The position numbers and the translations under genes are program-made. Positions 1-8,918 of a DNA stretch of 64,000 nucleotides are shown piece after piece. Location: positions 1-64,000 of the IMG/VR virus record IMGVR_UViG_3300022752_000026. One strand, given 5' to 3'. Every line of letters starts with the position of its first letter. Within the stretch, counting starts at the first letter, position 1. Under the pieces are notes generated by a model, which saw only the letters and a list, made by a program, of their open reading frames with translations, ran no database searches and had not been told where the DNA came from. This DNA is from a virus.

Positions 1-1832
1 CTAAATCCTTCTGGCAATCCCTCAATAGGGTTTTCTTTTGTTGATTCACGCCATGACTCAAAAGGCTTCTCATCTAGTTGAGCATATCCATCTGGAACAT
101 CTTCAATTGTTTTGTTCTCAGGTAGGTGTGGAGTGTGGTCTTTGCTTTCAACAAAGCGAGCAAGTTCGTTCTCGTCTAAACCTTCTAGAAGTGGAGGTAG
201 CGGAGTCTCGTCGCGCTTCTCTTCAATAAATGCAGGTTCTTCTGCTGGAGTTTCTTCATCTGGAGAAATCTCTGTTTCTCTCTTGAAAGACTCAGCAACA
301 TCTGGAGTTGATTGTCCAACACTCTCGTCTCCCTTTCGGGCATCGTTGAGAGCAGTCTCGTTATCATTTCCACCAAGTTGCTTGTCATAAATTCTGGCAA
401 GTTCCATCTCGTTATCTTCGCCAGCCTCTTTGAGGGCAAGATAAAGAGCATCTGCTGGAACATATTCGTTTCCACGACCAAATGGAAGAACTCCATAGCC
501 CAGCGCTGGTTGTCCATCTTCTTGTGGAAGAACGCCTTCTTCTAGAGCATCACGCAAATCTTCAACATCGTAACGCTGCGCAAGTTCAGCAGGGTCGTCA
601 GTGAAATCTGGGCTGTTCTCATCAACTCTTCCTTCTGGAGAGTAGTCAGCATCTGGACGCAACTTATATGCGTTCTCTGGATAGTTGAACTCAAACTTTT
701 TAGCAGGAGCCTTTGCCTTTTCTTCTTTTTGTTCTGGCTTAGCCTCTGGCTGCTTATCTGCTATTTGTTCGTGGTCATCAATTCCATCTAATACATCTGC
801 CCATGAGGACTTATCATCAAATACTTTTTCGCCATCTTTAGTGACAGCATAGTTACGATTTCCAGCGTCATCTTTCTGGACTTCAACTTTCCAGTTTTCA
901 TTTGACCAGATGTTTGGATTGTCCGCGTCTTTTTCCCAGCCATTTGGTGCTTCAAAAAATTCCAAATCTTTTTCATCCATTGGCTTATCAAAGATAGAAA
1001 CATTTCTTACTGGCTTTGGAGAGAATCCATCTTTGCTTTGTCCAGGAAGAACTGCCTTTGTATATTCTCCAACCTCTGGATTTACGGCAACAATTCTTCC
1101 GTCAGCAAGTTCAATCTGCACTCTTCCATCTGGCAAATCTGCAAGTGTGCGTCCAGTGAGACTGAAGATTCCACTAGCACGCTTAATAAGGTTTTTGATA
1201 CCTCCACCTTGGAAAGCAAATCGTCCTAAGCGGTCACGGCGCTGTAGTTGCGCACGGAGCGAACGATTCATTGGAGAGTTTCCGTCACCAAATGCTGCAA
1301 GGAGTGCTTGTAGTGGAACCTCACCTTGTGGAAGTGAAGATAAAAGAGCGTTGTAGTAAGTAAACTCTGGAGAATCAATCTCTGCTATCAAAGCAGAAGC
1401 CAAAACAGTTCTTGCGTAGTCATCTTTGATTGCTGGGTCATCTACATACCAACGAACTCGTGCTTCACGAAGAGCAGAAGCGGTCATTGAGTGATTACGA
1501 GTAGAGCGTGGGTGCGCAACTGGTAGTAAATCAGTATTTGCTAGTGTCAAAGAGTTTGATTTATTGCTTTGGGCAAGATTGATAAATGTAGATAGTTCCT
1601 TGAGAGCCATATGTTGGCGCAAAGAGAAAGGAAGATTTCTTGTCTTCTCTAGGGAACGAAGAACTACAGTAAAAGCAGACTTTTTAGTAATACGACGTGT
1701 GGGAGTGATGCTTAGGTTTGCTTCCTCAACCATAGACAAAGCAGCATCTCTAATGCGACGTGCTTGGTCAATTGATTGCGCACGGCGACCCTCTTCAGAG
1801 ATTGCGTAACTTAGGCGACGAACTCTGCTCAC
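1..1832 (-). CDS. Very large head-associated/virion protein, 5' part only (runs off the left edge; missing from ORF track)
   Basis: GTG at 1832 overlaps the TGA of the upstream gene. Manual translation MSRVRRLSYAISEEG...TDLLPVAHPRST...RAQLQRRDRLGRFAFQGGG; the same frame still reads sense at the window start (>610 codons). Lies in the portal operon. Confidence 0.8.
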   Translation of the reverse strand, partial: MSRVRRLSYAISEEGRRAQSIDQARRIRDAALSMVEEANLSITPTRRITKKSAFTVVLRSLEKTRNLPFSLRQHMALKELSTFINLAQSNKSNSLTLANTDLLPVAHPRSTRNHSMTASALREARVRWYVDDPAIKDDYARTVLASALIAEIDSPEFTYYNALLSSLPQGEVPLQALLAAFGDGNSPMNRSLRAQLQRRDRLGRFAFQGGGIKNLIKRASGIFSLTGRTLADLPDGRVQIELADGRIVAVNPEVGEYTKAVLPGQSKDGFSPKPVRNVSIFDKPMDEKDLEFFEAPNGWEKDADNPNIWSNENWKVEVQKDDAGNRNYAVTKDGEKVFDDKSSWADVLDGIDDHEQIADKQPEAKPEQKEEKAKAPAKKFEFNYPENAYKLRPDADYSPEGRVDENSPDFTDDPAELAQRYDVEDLRDALEEGVLPQEDGQPALGYGVLPFGRGNEYVPADALYLALKEAGEDNEMELARIYDKQLGGNDNETALNDARKGDESVGQSTPDVAESFKRETEISPDEETPAEEPAFIEEKRDETPLPPLLEGLDENELARFVESKDHTPHLPENKTIEDVPDGYAQLDEKPFESWRESTKENPIEGLPEGF

Positions 1833-2773
1833 TCTTCTTCCTCTTCCTGCTCAGGTAACAAATCAGCATCAAGACTTTCATATCCAAGAGAAGCCAATAA
1901 AGAAGCACGGATAAATGGGTCATCACCATTTCTAACACCGCGTAGCCATGCAGCACGAATTGCTGGCTCTGCTTCATAGCCAAATCCAGAATATTCAGTC
2001 ATAGCCAAAATAGCATCCTCTGGATATTCGTAATCTTCTTCTGACCTAAGAGATACTTCTAGTTCTTTTCTTAGTGCATACTCTTCAAGTTCCTCTTCTG
2101 TCTCTGTGAAGTCTTTTTTGATTACCCCATCTGGCAACACAGCGAATCGGCATACTCCCATTGGCTCAACTGGAAGTGAAATAATTTTGCACTCTGTTCC
2201 GCCAGCATAGAGAACGCAGTTTGCGCAATGGACGCCAATTTCTTGGTCTTTGTTCTCAGCGGCTGGTGTATATCCAGCCCAGATGCCAGAAGCATCTTCA
2301 TTGAACTTTCCATACTTGTTTGCTATCTCTAATAGAGCATCTGCTAAATCTTTTTCTTCTGGAACTAATCCTGTAGCAGTAATTGATGCTGCTTTTCTAT
2401 GACTCTTTGGTAGTAAATCGTTATCTGATTTATACGCAGGGTTATTTGGCTTTCCAGACTTTACAAGTTTCAAGAAAGCATTGACACGACCCATTGCCCA
2501 TTGATTGCGAGTCATTCCTGGGCGATGTGAAACAGAATATGCCCCTGCGCCACGACGATAAACTGCTTTTAACTTAGCCAAAGTAACTTTATGCTTTGAC
2601 TTTGCATTGTGGTTTGCTACTTTTTCTTTCAAAGACTTCTCAACGGATGCAGAGAACTTTACTTCTCGTGCAGCCTTCTGACTTCCAGCAGAACCCTTTT
2701 TATTTTTGCTAGAACCCTTAATTCTGTCCTTTTTAGGTGCTGGTGTTTGAGCAATAGTTCTTTTGTCTGACAC
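1829..2773 (-). CDS. Portal-adjacent head protein with WAMGRVNAFL...DNDLLP domain and a HiPIP-like Cys cluster
   Basis: Likely GTG start at 2773 directly after the portal stop. Motifs YRRGAGAYSVSHRPG, WAMGRVNAFL and CANC-x8-C-x12-C. Confidence 0.6.
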   Translation of the reverse strand: MSDKRTIAQTPAPKKDRIKGSSKNKKGSAGSQKAAREVKFSASVEKSLKEKVANHNAKSKHKVTLAKLKAVYRRGAGAYSVSHRPGMTRNQWAMGRVNAFLKLVKSGKPNNPAYKSDNDLLPKSHRKAASITATGLVPEEKDLADALLEIANKYGKFNEDASGIWAGYTPAAENKDQEIGVHCANCVLYAGGTECKIISLPVEPMGVCRFAVLPDGVIKKDFTETEEELEEYALRKELEVSLRSEEDYEYPEDAILAMTEYSGFGYEAEPAIRAAWLRGVRNGDDPFIRASLLASLGYESLDADLLPEQEEEEE

Positions 2774-2774
2774 T

Positions 2775-4505
2775 TTATTGCTCCTGAGCAGGTGGTGCTG
2801 GTTGTTCTGGTTTAGCAAGTGCTTGGTCTAGTTGCTGTTGTAACGCTGGGTCCATAGGAGCAACTGATTGTGCTTGCGCTGCATCACGAACAGCGTTCAT
2901 TGCCTCTGGAGCAAACGCTGCAAGCATTGCTTCTGTAAGTTCTGGAGTAATTGTTCCGCGTTCGTTGAGTAAACGAAGCGCAATCTCTGTTGGAGTAGGC
3001 GCATCGGATTGTGAGAAGCCATGAGCACGACGCCATGCCTCTTGTGAGATAACTCCGCGGTCAAATCCTGAGTCAGCATCTTGAGCACGGTCATTACGAG
3101 TTGAAACTGCTGATGGGTCATACCAAACAACAATCTTTTCAACATCTGCTGGGCTATAACCTTGTGCTTCAAGGTATGGACGAAGATAAACAATAGTGAG
3201 AGCATCAGCAATGAGCAACATAAGTGGTTCAATGTGTGCTTTGTAGAGCGCTTCATCAATTTGAAGTGCGTTTGAATACTTTACGTTCGCAAGACCAGTA
3301 ACAATGTCCTTTGGAACATCAAGTCCCTGCAAGATACGCTCTAGAACTCGGTCAGAACGCTCAGCAAGTGCTGGGTCAAACGAACGCTCAAACTTGAATT
3401 GCTTAATCTTGTCGCCAAGTTCTGCTGGACCACGAATAATAAGTGGAACAACTGCTGATGCAGACTCCTCATCACGAATTGGAGTTGTCATAGCATCAAT
3501 AAGTTGCTCTTCAAACTCATCTTCTGCTTCTTCAGCAACAAACTGTGGATTTAGTTCGTTATCGGTGTCATATGGATAGTCTGGGTCGCCTTGTGCAGCA
3601 ACAGAAAGTCCGTCTGGCAAATACAACGCACCAGCATTGAGGCGAGAGCGTGCAGTAGCACGGAATGTTCTGTTGAGGAGAAGAAGTTCAGCGCAAAGGT
3701 CAAGCAAACCGCGTAAAGATGAATCTGCTTCATCAGAGAAGCGAGGATGAGAACGCCAAATGCGTCCTACAAATGCTTTGTTTGAAAGTTTCTTTGCTCC
3801 AGGTGCATTTCCACCTGTTCCCATCTCACGACGAGAGATGACGTTGTATCCACCACGATTATCAGCAAGAACTTCATCAACAGAGCGGACATCCCAAGAC
3901 TCTGGAACTCCGTGTCCTTTTTGTTCTGGCATTTGAACTAAATAACATTCACCAGCAACAGAAAGATTAAGTGCAGCATCACGAAGAAGACCTGCTTGTC
4001 CTCCGTATGCAGAATTAAGTCTATTGAGAGCACGCTCTGATGCTGCTGCAAGACGTGGGTCAATTTTTGATGAAGAGCGAACTGATACTGGAGTCTCTGA
4101 AGGATTATCAACTACTGCTGCATAAATGCGAATACGAGATACAACAGATGCAACTAGATTGAAAGCATATTTAATTTCACCAATAGCATCGTAATACTCC
4201 CACGCTTCTGCTTGCCATGCTGATGATGCTGCTGAACGACGAGATTTGAATTGCTCAAACTCCCCTTTGTCGTTTACCTTTACTTGAACAGCGGCGGCAG
4301 TCAAAGTTCTTGGTGTTGAATATGTTGCAGACTTTGCTGGATTAGAAAGAAAGATTGATGCTGGACCAGTAACTACTGGAGATGCTGTAACAATTTGTGT
4401 TGAGCGACTGCTACTACGACGAGTAGTGCGCTTCCTGCTGTTTGGGGATGGGGTTGGCTTTTTTGGCTCACTAGCGCCAGCGCCGTCACGCCGAAATACA
4501 CCCAC
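2775..4505 (-). CDS. Portal protein
   Basis: About 576 aa with WQAEAWEYYDAIGEIKYA, LSVAGECYL, RIWRSHPRFSDEADS and RILQGLDVPKDIVTG motifs typical of actinophage portals. GGAG RBS before GTG at 4505. Confidence 0.85.
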   Translation of the reverse strand: MGVFRRDGAGASEPKKPTPSPNSRKRTTRRSSSRSTQIVTASPVVTGPASIFLSNPAKSATYSTPRTLTAAAVQVKVNDKGEFEQFKSRRSAASSAWQAEAWEYYDAIGEIKYAFNLVASVVSRIRIYAAVVDNPSETPVSVRSSSKIDPRLAAASERALNRLNSAYGGQAGLLRDAALNLSVAGECYLVQMPEQKGHGVPESWDVRSVDEVLADNRGGYNVISRREMGTGGNAPGAKKLSNKAFVGRIWRSHPRFSDEADSSLRGLLDLCAELLLLNRTFRATARSRLNAGALYLPDGLSVAAQGDPDYPYDTDNELNPQFVAEEAEDEFEEQLIDAMTTPIRDEESASAVVPLIIRGPAELGDKIKQFKFERSFDPALAERSDRVLERILQGLDVPKDIVTGLANVKYSNALQIDEALYKAHIEPLMLLIADALTIVYLRPYLEAQGYSPADVEKIVVWYDPSAVSTRNDRAQDADSGFDRGVISQEAWRRAHGFSQSDAPTPTEIALRLLNERGTITPELTEAMLAAFAPEAMNAVRDAAQAQSVAPMDPALQQQLDQALAKPEQPAPPAQEQ

Positions 4506-4539
4506 AGAATTACTCCTTGTCTTTTTCACGGAATACGAA

Positions 4540-4833
4540 TCAATCTCTGTTTTCGTATGCGGTTAGAAGACCAACTATGGCTGACAGGGCAAGCACTAGG
4601 CAGACATAGAAAGTTATCGTAGGCATAATGATACTTGATAGAACAAACAATGATGCTGTCCAAATGCTCATACACCACATACATGTGAAGAGATAGCCAA
4701 ACTTATTAGTCTCTGGGGGAAACTTTTTCCACAATCGGTTTCGCAGCGGGGAGACAAGTTCATCTTGAATTACGAATCTAGTAGCACGGTATACGGCTAG
4801 GGCAGTAATAATAAAAACTAGAGGCTCTTTCAT
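4540..4833 (-). CDS. DUF1360-like membrane protein
   Basis: LAVYRATRFVIQD...PLR...GYLFTCMWCMSIW pattern plus hydrophobic helices. Confidence 0.7.
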   Translation of the reverse strand: MKEPLVFIITALAVYRATRFVIQDELVSPLRNRLWKKFPPETNKFGYLFTCMWCMSIWTASLFVLSSIIMPTITFYVCLVLALSAIVGLLTAYENRD

Positions 4834-5174
4834 TCCACAATGCTCCCATACGGCTGCCAAGAACGAAGACGCGACCCGCAGCCACAGTTGTCATCTTTTC
4901 TAAAGACCATTATCTTTCCCTCAATTGTTTGAACCATATGAAGTTTGTCCTGCTTATCGTAGGAAACATACTTTTCTTGGAAAACAAGTTGCGGACCTTC
5001 TGGAGAGTCAAGACCAATCATCACTCTGTCATTGACGACAATGATTCTGCATCTATCAAGCCTTCTAGTGCCTTGTGGACCACCCCCGCGAGGACCGAAG
5101 TTCTCAAAATCAACTTCTGAACCTGGAGGGGCAATCGCAACGGCTGCTGGGAAGACATCAGCATGCACTTTCAT
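4830..5174 (-). CDS. Hypothetical protein (C-terminal NCGCGSRLRSW)
   Basis: ORF overlaps both neighbours by 4 nt, indicating translational coupling. Confidence 0.7.
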   Translation of the reverse strand: MKVHADVFPAAVAIAPPGSEVDFENFGPRGGGPQGTRRLDRCRIIVVNDRVMIGLDSPEGPQLVFQEKYVSYDKQDKLHMVQTIEGKIMVFRKDDNCGCGSRLRSWQPYGSIVE

Positions 5175-5518
5175 TTCAAATCCTTATATTCCGATGGGAC
5201 ATAGAACTCTTCCCAGCCTAGGTAGTGCTTTGCAAGGGTTACTGGAACCAAAAGCGGCTTCTCTCTTGTTGCTTTTCCTTTGAAAAGAACATCATCAATA
5301 TCTTCTTGGCTTCTTGCTACTTGACAATACATCCAAGATTGTATTTTTTGAAGCATCTCTAAAGGAAACGCAATTGGATAAGGGTTTTTATCTGCTGTAA
5401 GTGTCTCAAGGGGCCTTGCGTTAGGTCTAGCCTTTTGCTTTTTAGGATTTGTCCATATAGCAATCACTAAATCATTCTCAGAAAAGGTTCCAGAGGCTGT
5501 TTTGTATGTTCTAGCCAT
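5171..5518 (-). CDS. Hypothetical protein
   Basis: Likely start at ATG 5518 (MARTYK), overlapping the end of the upstream HTH gene. Confidence 0.65.
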   Translation of the reverse strand: MARTYKTASGTFSENDLVIAIWTNPKKQKARPNARPLETLTADKNPYPIAFPLEMLQKIQSWMYCQVARSQEDIDDVLFKGKATREKPLLVPVTLAKHYLGWEEFYVPSEYKDLK

Positions 5519-6011
5519 TAGCCAACCGCCTTGCGATGGCTCGGTAAGTAATCCCAGCGGCTTCAGCGATGTCTGCGGCAGGAACTCCGCGGTTGTAGAG
5601 CATACGAGCGACATGGGTAAGTTCTTGGTTGGCTTTTGCAAACGGACTATCTGGAGGAGTCTTGGCTCTGTAGCGACTAGCAAGAAGGGCTAACTCTTGT
5701 AGGTGAGGTTTGATTTCTGGTGGAACGCTAGGAGAGATACTACGAAGTCTTGGAGAGTTCAGTAGCGGTGCTGTAGTAGTCAAAGACTTAGGTGGAGTCG
5801 CAGGGAGCGGTCTGCGTTGTTCCTCATCGGCTGCGTTCTTGACCCAGAAGTGAACTGTTGATTTTGGTCTAGGTGGTTGTAAAGAATCAGCGATTATTTT
5901 GAGAGACCAACCCGCTTTCCACAACGCCCTGATTCGGTTGTTGAGTGCTGGTGGCTCTAGAGAAGAAAGAAATCTCACTTCATCTGATGGTAGGCGGACT
6001 TTTTTCTTCAT
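5511..6011 (-). CDS. Double helix-turn-helix DNA-binding protein (paralog family)
   Basis: LWKAGWSLKIIADSL...STVHFWV and LYNRGVPAADIAEAAGITYRAIARRL, joined by a Pro-rich linker. Confidence 0.75.
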   Translation of the reverse strand: MKKKVRLPSDEVRFLSSLEPPALNNRIRALWKAGWSLKIIADSLQPPRPKSTVHFWVKNAADEEQRRPLPATPPKSLTTTAPLLNSPRLRSISPSVPPEIKPHLQELALLASRYRAKTPPDSPFAKANQELTHVARMLYNRGVPAADIAEAAGITYRAIARRLANG

Positions 6012-6393
6012 TGTTCTATTCTACAGCAATTTTATTGAGGCGTACAGGCTAAGGCACTACAGCACCTTAGAATGGACGATTTGTAAAATATATGAAGGTT
6101 TACGATTTTTGGTTTTGGCCTGTGAGACGGCTCTGCATGGTGCGAGCCCTTTCCTAAATCGTTTCCGGAAATGTTTTTGATGTATTGGCAAAATTGTTTT
6201 TAGTTTTATTTTTTCTTCAGAAAGTTGAGTCGTGTTGGCTCATGTTTTACTTTTTGGTTCTGGTTTTGTATTGCTGACAAAGACCTGCCTATGTCTAGTC
6301 AAATAAAAATGTTTTTAGTTGTTTGTAGTTGGTCTGGCTAAACATCTTGGTTGCTTATGTCATTGTCTAAAGTTCTAGTCAAGAGTTAGGAGA

Positions 6394-6462
6394 TGGCTAG
6401 GTTACTGACGAGTAACTTACTGGGCTGGCTAAGTTACTAGCGAGTAACTTACTAGGCTGGCT
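6394..6462. repeat. 32-bp tandem duplication, each unit containing the palindrome GTTACT-N4-AGTAAC
   Basis: tggctaggttactgacgagtaacttactgggc followed by tggctaagttactagcgagtaacttactaggc. Confidence 0.9.
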
Positions 6463-6517
6463 GACAACGCTGACAAAATGTGTGAGACAACTAACAAATA
6501 AATGTATGTGTTATGGC

Positions 6518-6546
6518 TTGACATTGGGGGCTATGTGTCTTACTAT
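6518..6546 (+). promoter_or_regulatory. Sigma70/SigA-type early promoter
   Basis: TTGACA-17-TACTAT. Confidence 0.8.
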
Positions 6547-6589
6547 TACTTCATTGCTACAAGGTGTAGCAATAAGAAAGGGAAAACAA

Positions 6590-6829
6590 ATGGCACAGTA
6601 TGGAGTAAGTATCTTGGTAGATGAGGGCAAGTCTTATGGCTCAACTCCCTACTCTTTCGTAGTAGATACAAAGGAAAATGTAAGAGACCTACTACTAAAG
6701 ACCACCGCACCTATCACAGAGGTAATCGTGATGGAAGAGGCTTACGGCAAGGAAGCCCGTATGATGAGCGCAGAGGAAGTGCTGGGTATTGTTCTCAACC
6801 ACCCACGAATGGCACTATCACTAGCCTAA
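6590..6829 (+). CDS. Small early hypothetical protein
   Basis: AAAGGGA RBS before ATG 6590; has its own promoter and terminator. Confidence 0.75.
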   Translation: MAQYGVSILVDEGKSYGSTPYSFVVDTKENVRDLLLKTTAPITEVIVMEEAYGKEARMMSAEEVLGIVLNHPRMALSLA

Positions 6830-6843
6830 AAGTCTTAGCAGAG

Positions 6844-6867
6844 AAGCCCCCGCATGGGGGCTTTTTT
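6844..6867 (+). terminator. Intrinsic terminator
   Basis: AAGCCCCC-gcat-GGGGGCTT followed by a T tract. Confidence 0.85.
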
Positions 6868-6905
6868 GTTGCCTAAAGTATGACTGGTCATCTACCCTTT
6901 ATGGC

Positions 6906-6933
6906 TTGACAAGTCTAAAGTGTTTGATAGTCT
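6906..6933 (+). promoter_or_regulatory. Early promoter
   Basis: TTGACA-16-TAGTCT. Confidence 0.7.
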
Positions 6934-6976
6934 TTAGGTGTTAGGAAAAAGTAAAACCTAACAAAGGGGGAAAGAA

Positions 6977-7126
6977 ATGGAAATCAGAATAACGGCAAAC
7001 CTAACAACTAAAGAAAAGGAAACCTTACAAAAGGTAGGAGATACTTTAGAGGGTGTGGCTAATGTAGTAGTCAAGGCTCTACAAGTAGCAGAGAAGCCGA
7101 TTAGGTTATGGTCTAAGTTCTGGTAA
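6977..7126 (+). CDS. 49 aa early peptide (not in ORF track)
   Basis: AAAGGGGG RBS; MEIRITANLTTKEKETLQKVG...RLWSKFW; sits between a promoter and a terminator. Confidence 0.7.
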   Translation: MEIRITANLTTKEKETLQKVGDTLEGVANVVVKALQVAEKPIRLWSKFW

Positions 7127-7138
7127 AAGGCTCGCAAG

Positions 7139-7163
7139 AAGCCCCCCGCAAGGGGGGTTTTTT
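7139..7163 (+). terminator. Intrinsic terminator
   Basis: GCCCCCC-gcaa-GGGGGGT followed by a T tract. Confidence 0.85.
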
Positions 7164-7199
7164 GTTATCAAAATGTTATCTAAATCACCTAAAATAAAC

Positions 7200-7228
7200 T
7201 TGACACGCTTACCCGCATAGCATAGTAT
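7200..7228 (+). promoter_or_regulatory. Early promoter
   Basis: TTGACA-17-TAGTAT. Confidence 0.8.
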
Positions 7229-7261
7229 TTACTCACAAGCACAAACAAAGGGGGAAACAAA

Positions 7262-7444
7262 ATGCTAGACACAATCACACAGGACACAGAGTTTGATTAC
7301 GGTATGGGTCTAAAGTTAGAGGGCTCAAATGTTCAACCACTAAAGGTCAATAAAAATGCTCGCTATTGCGAGTGTGGCACTAAACTCTCAATGTATAACC
7401 TAGAGAGCAAGTGCTACCGCCACCTAGCGGGCATAGCGTTCTAA
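7262..7444 (+). CDS. Small Cys/His zinc-binding early protein
   Basis: CECGTKLSMYN...CYRH; RBS AAAGGGGG. Confidence 0.7.
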   Translation: MLDTITQDTEFDYGMGLKLEGSNVQPLKVNKNARYCECGTKLSMYNLESKCYRHLAGIAF

Positions 7445-7450
7445 GGCGAG

Positions 7451-7475
7451 AAGCCCCCCGCAAGGGGGGCTTTTC
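7451..7475 (+). terminator. Intrinsic terminator
   Basis: AAGCCCCCC-gcaa-GGGGGGCTT-TT. Confidence 0.85.
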
Positions 7476-7515
7476 TATGCCCGCAACTATGTGCTATAAA
7501 ACACACCTTTATAGT

Positions 7516-7544
7516 TTGACAAATCTACCCCTATGTAATACTAT
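7516..7544 (+). promoter_or_regulatory. Early promoter
   Basis: TTGACA-17-TACTAT. Confidence 0.8.
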
Positions 7545-7574
7545 TAGGTCATAACAAAGAGAAAGGGATAGGAA

Positions 7575-7739
7575 ATGAAAGGACTACCTGATAGCGCAGT
7601 AGTAGGCACATACAAACGCCTACACCGCAAGCCAAAGCGTAGTGCTAAGAGCAGAGAGCATTACCAAAAGGAAGCAGACTTTTGGAACGCTATCGTGTTC
7701 TCGGTTGTAGATGTCTTGAAGCCAAAGCGCAAAAGATAA
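7575..7739 (+). CDS. 54 aa basic peptide, ADFWN family copy 1 (not in ORF track)
   Basis: MKGLPDSAVVGTYKRLHRKPKRSAKSREHYQKEADFWNAIVFSVVDVLKPKRKR; paralog at 13592-13753. Confidence 0.85.
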   Translation: MKGLPDSAVVGTYKRLHRKPKRSAKSREHYQKEADFWNAIVFSVVDVLKPKRKR

Positions 7740-7746
7740 CCGCAAC

Positions 7747-7775
7747 TTGACAAATCCTATCCTCTTGTCTAAGGT
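7747..7775 (+). promoter_or_regulatory. Early promoter
   Basis: TTGACA-17-TAAGGT. Confidence 0.7.
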
Positions 7776-7803
7776 TATGACAAAGAAAGGATAAAAGGAT
7801 AAA

Positions 7804-8439
7804 ATGACAAAGATAAACTTCAGGACAAATCCTGAACAACTAAAGAAAGCGCACTCCGCTAGGGAAATCAACAGATACCCGCGAGTGAAAACAAACCCGC
7901 GACTAGCGGGCGAAATCAACAAAATTGGACAAGTGCTACCGCAGGAAATGGCTGACTTGCTAAAGTCGCTCAACACCGAAAGTAGAAATGGACTTGTTCA
8001 TGCCCTCACTAAGAAAGGCTGGACACAGGCGAGTATTGGTAAAGCGTTAGACCTATCACGAGAAAGTATTAGACAAATCGTGAGAGGAACTACCGCGACA
8101 CCCGTATCACCTGAAATCGTGATACCTGAACCACCACGCTATCCAATGCCTACACAGGTTCAATACACAATGCCAAACCCTGAACTCCTAGCGAGGCTAA
8201 AGGAACTTCAACCTTTCGCTCAACAGGTTCGCTCATCAAGTAAAAAGTTTAGGGCAGAGGCAGAGGAATACTCATACCTGCTCAATCAGGCAACAGAGCA
8301 AGGCGTAACAGTTTATCGTCTAGCAAAGTTACTAGGCGTTACTCCGTCCGCTATTCAATTCCGACTTGTTCGCTATGGCTACCGCAATAGTGCTGGCGAA
8401 AGCAAGTCATACCAAACAATCAAGAAAGAGAACAGATAA
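7804..8439 (+). CDS. Double HTH DNA-binding protein (paralog family)
   Basis: LTKKGWTQASIGKALDLSRESIRQI and QGVTVYRLAKLLGVTPSAIQFRLVRYGY; clearly similar to 46351-46911. Confidence 0.8.
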   Translation: MTKINFRTNPEQLKKAHSAREINRYPRVKTNPRLAGEINKIGQVLPQEMADLLKSLNTESRNGLVHALTKKGWTQASIGKALDLSRESIRQIVRGTTATPVSPEIVIPEPPRYPMPTQVQYTMPNPELLARLKELQPFAQQVRSSSKKFRAEAEEYSYLLNQATEQGVTVYRLAKLLGVTPSAIQFRLVRYGYRNSAGESKSYQTIKKENR

Positions 8440-8443
8440 CTAG

Positions 8444-8797
8444 ATGAAGCCAAGAGCGTGTTCCCAATGCGGGGACTGGTATAACCCTAAGTTTCAGGGA
8501 ACTGAAAGCCTATGTGGGAAGTGCCATCTCAAAGAAGTCATCAAAGAAAAACAAAACGAGGCGGAGGGGAGTGATTACCAAAAAGTAAAAACTCCCCGTC
8601 CGGCAACCCAAACACAAACAACTCATCAACCTGAACCAAGACTCAGGCGTGGAGAGTCAGAGTTCAGAGGCGAGTGCGCTAAATGTGGATTATGGCTTGA
8701 AGGCTCGGAGGTCTATAACAGAGAACGAGGCTGGATTTACAAATGGGTTCATGTTGATTATGACCGCACACGCAGGGACTACTGCTTAGTAGCATAG
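8444..8797 (+). CDS. Zinc-finger hypothetical protein
   Basis: CSQC...CGKC and CAKC motifs. Confidence 0.65.
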   Translation: MKPRACSQCGDWYNPKFQGTESLCGKCHLKEVIKEKQNEAEGSDYQKVKTPRPATQTQTTHQPEPRLRRGESEFRGECAKCGLWLEGSEVYNRERGWIYKWVHVDYDRTRRDYCLVA

Positions 8798-8817
8798 TCA
8801 AATAAACGCCAACGAAG

Positions 8818-8843
8818 AAGCCCCTGATTTCTCAGGGGCTTTT
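8818..8843. terminator. Terminator between convergent transcription units
   Basis: AAGCCCCTGA-tttc-TCAGGGGCTTTT. Confidence 0.75.
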
Positions 8844-8918
8844 CGCTGTTCTAAGTTGTTGTCCTTCCTAAACCTAACAACTCGTGTGTCAAGTTTAGTT
8901 CACAACGAGTGCGACTAT

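Noticed and set aside
38-1809. Short ORFs listed at the window start (112-390, 185-517, 910-1356, 1564-1809 and others)
   Set aside because: They are antisense or off-frame shadows of the long minus-strand ORF starting at 1832.
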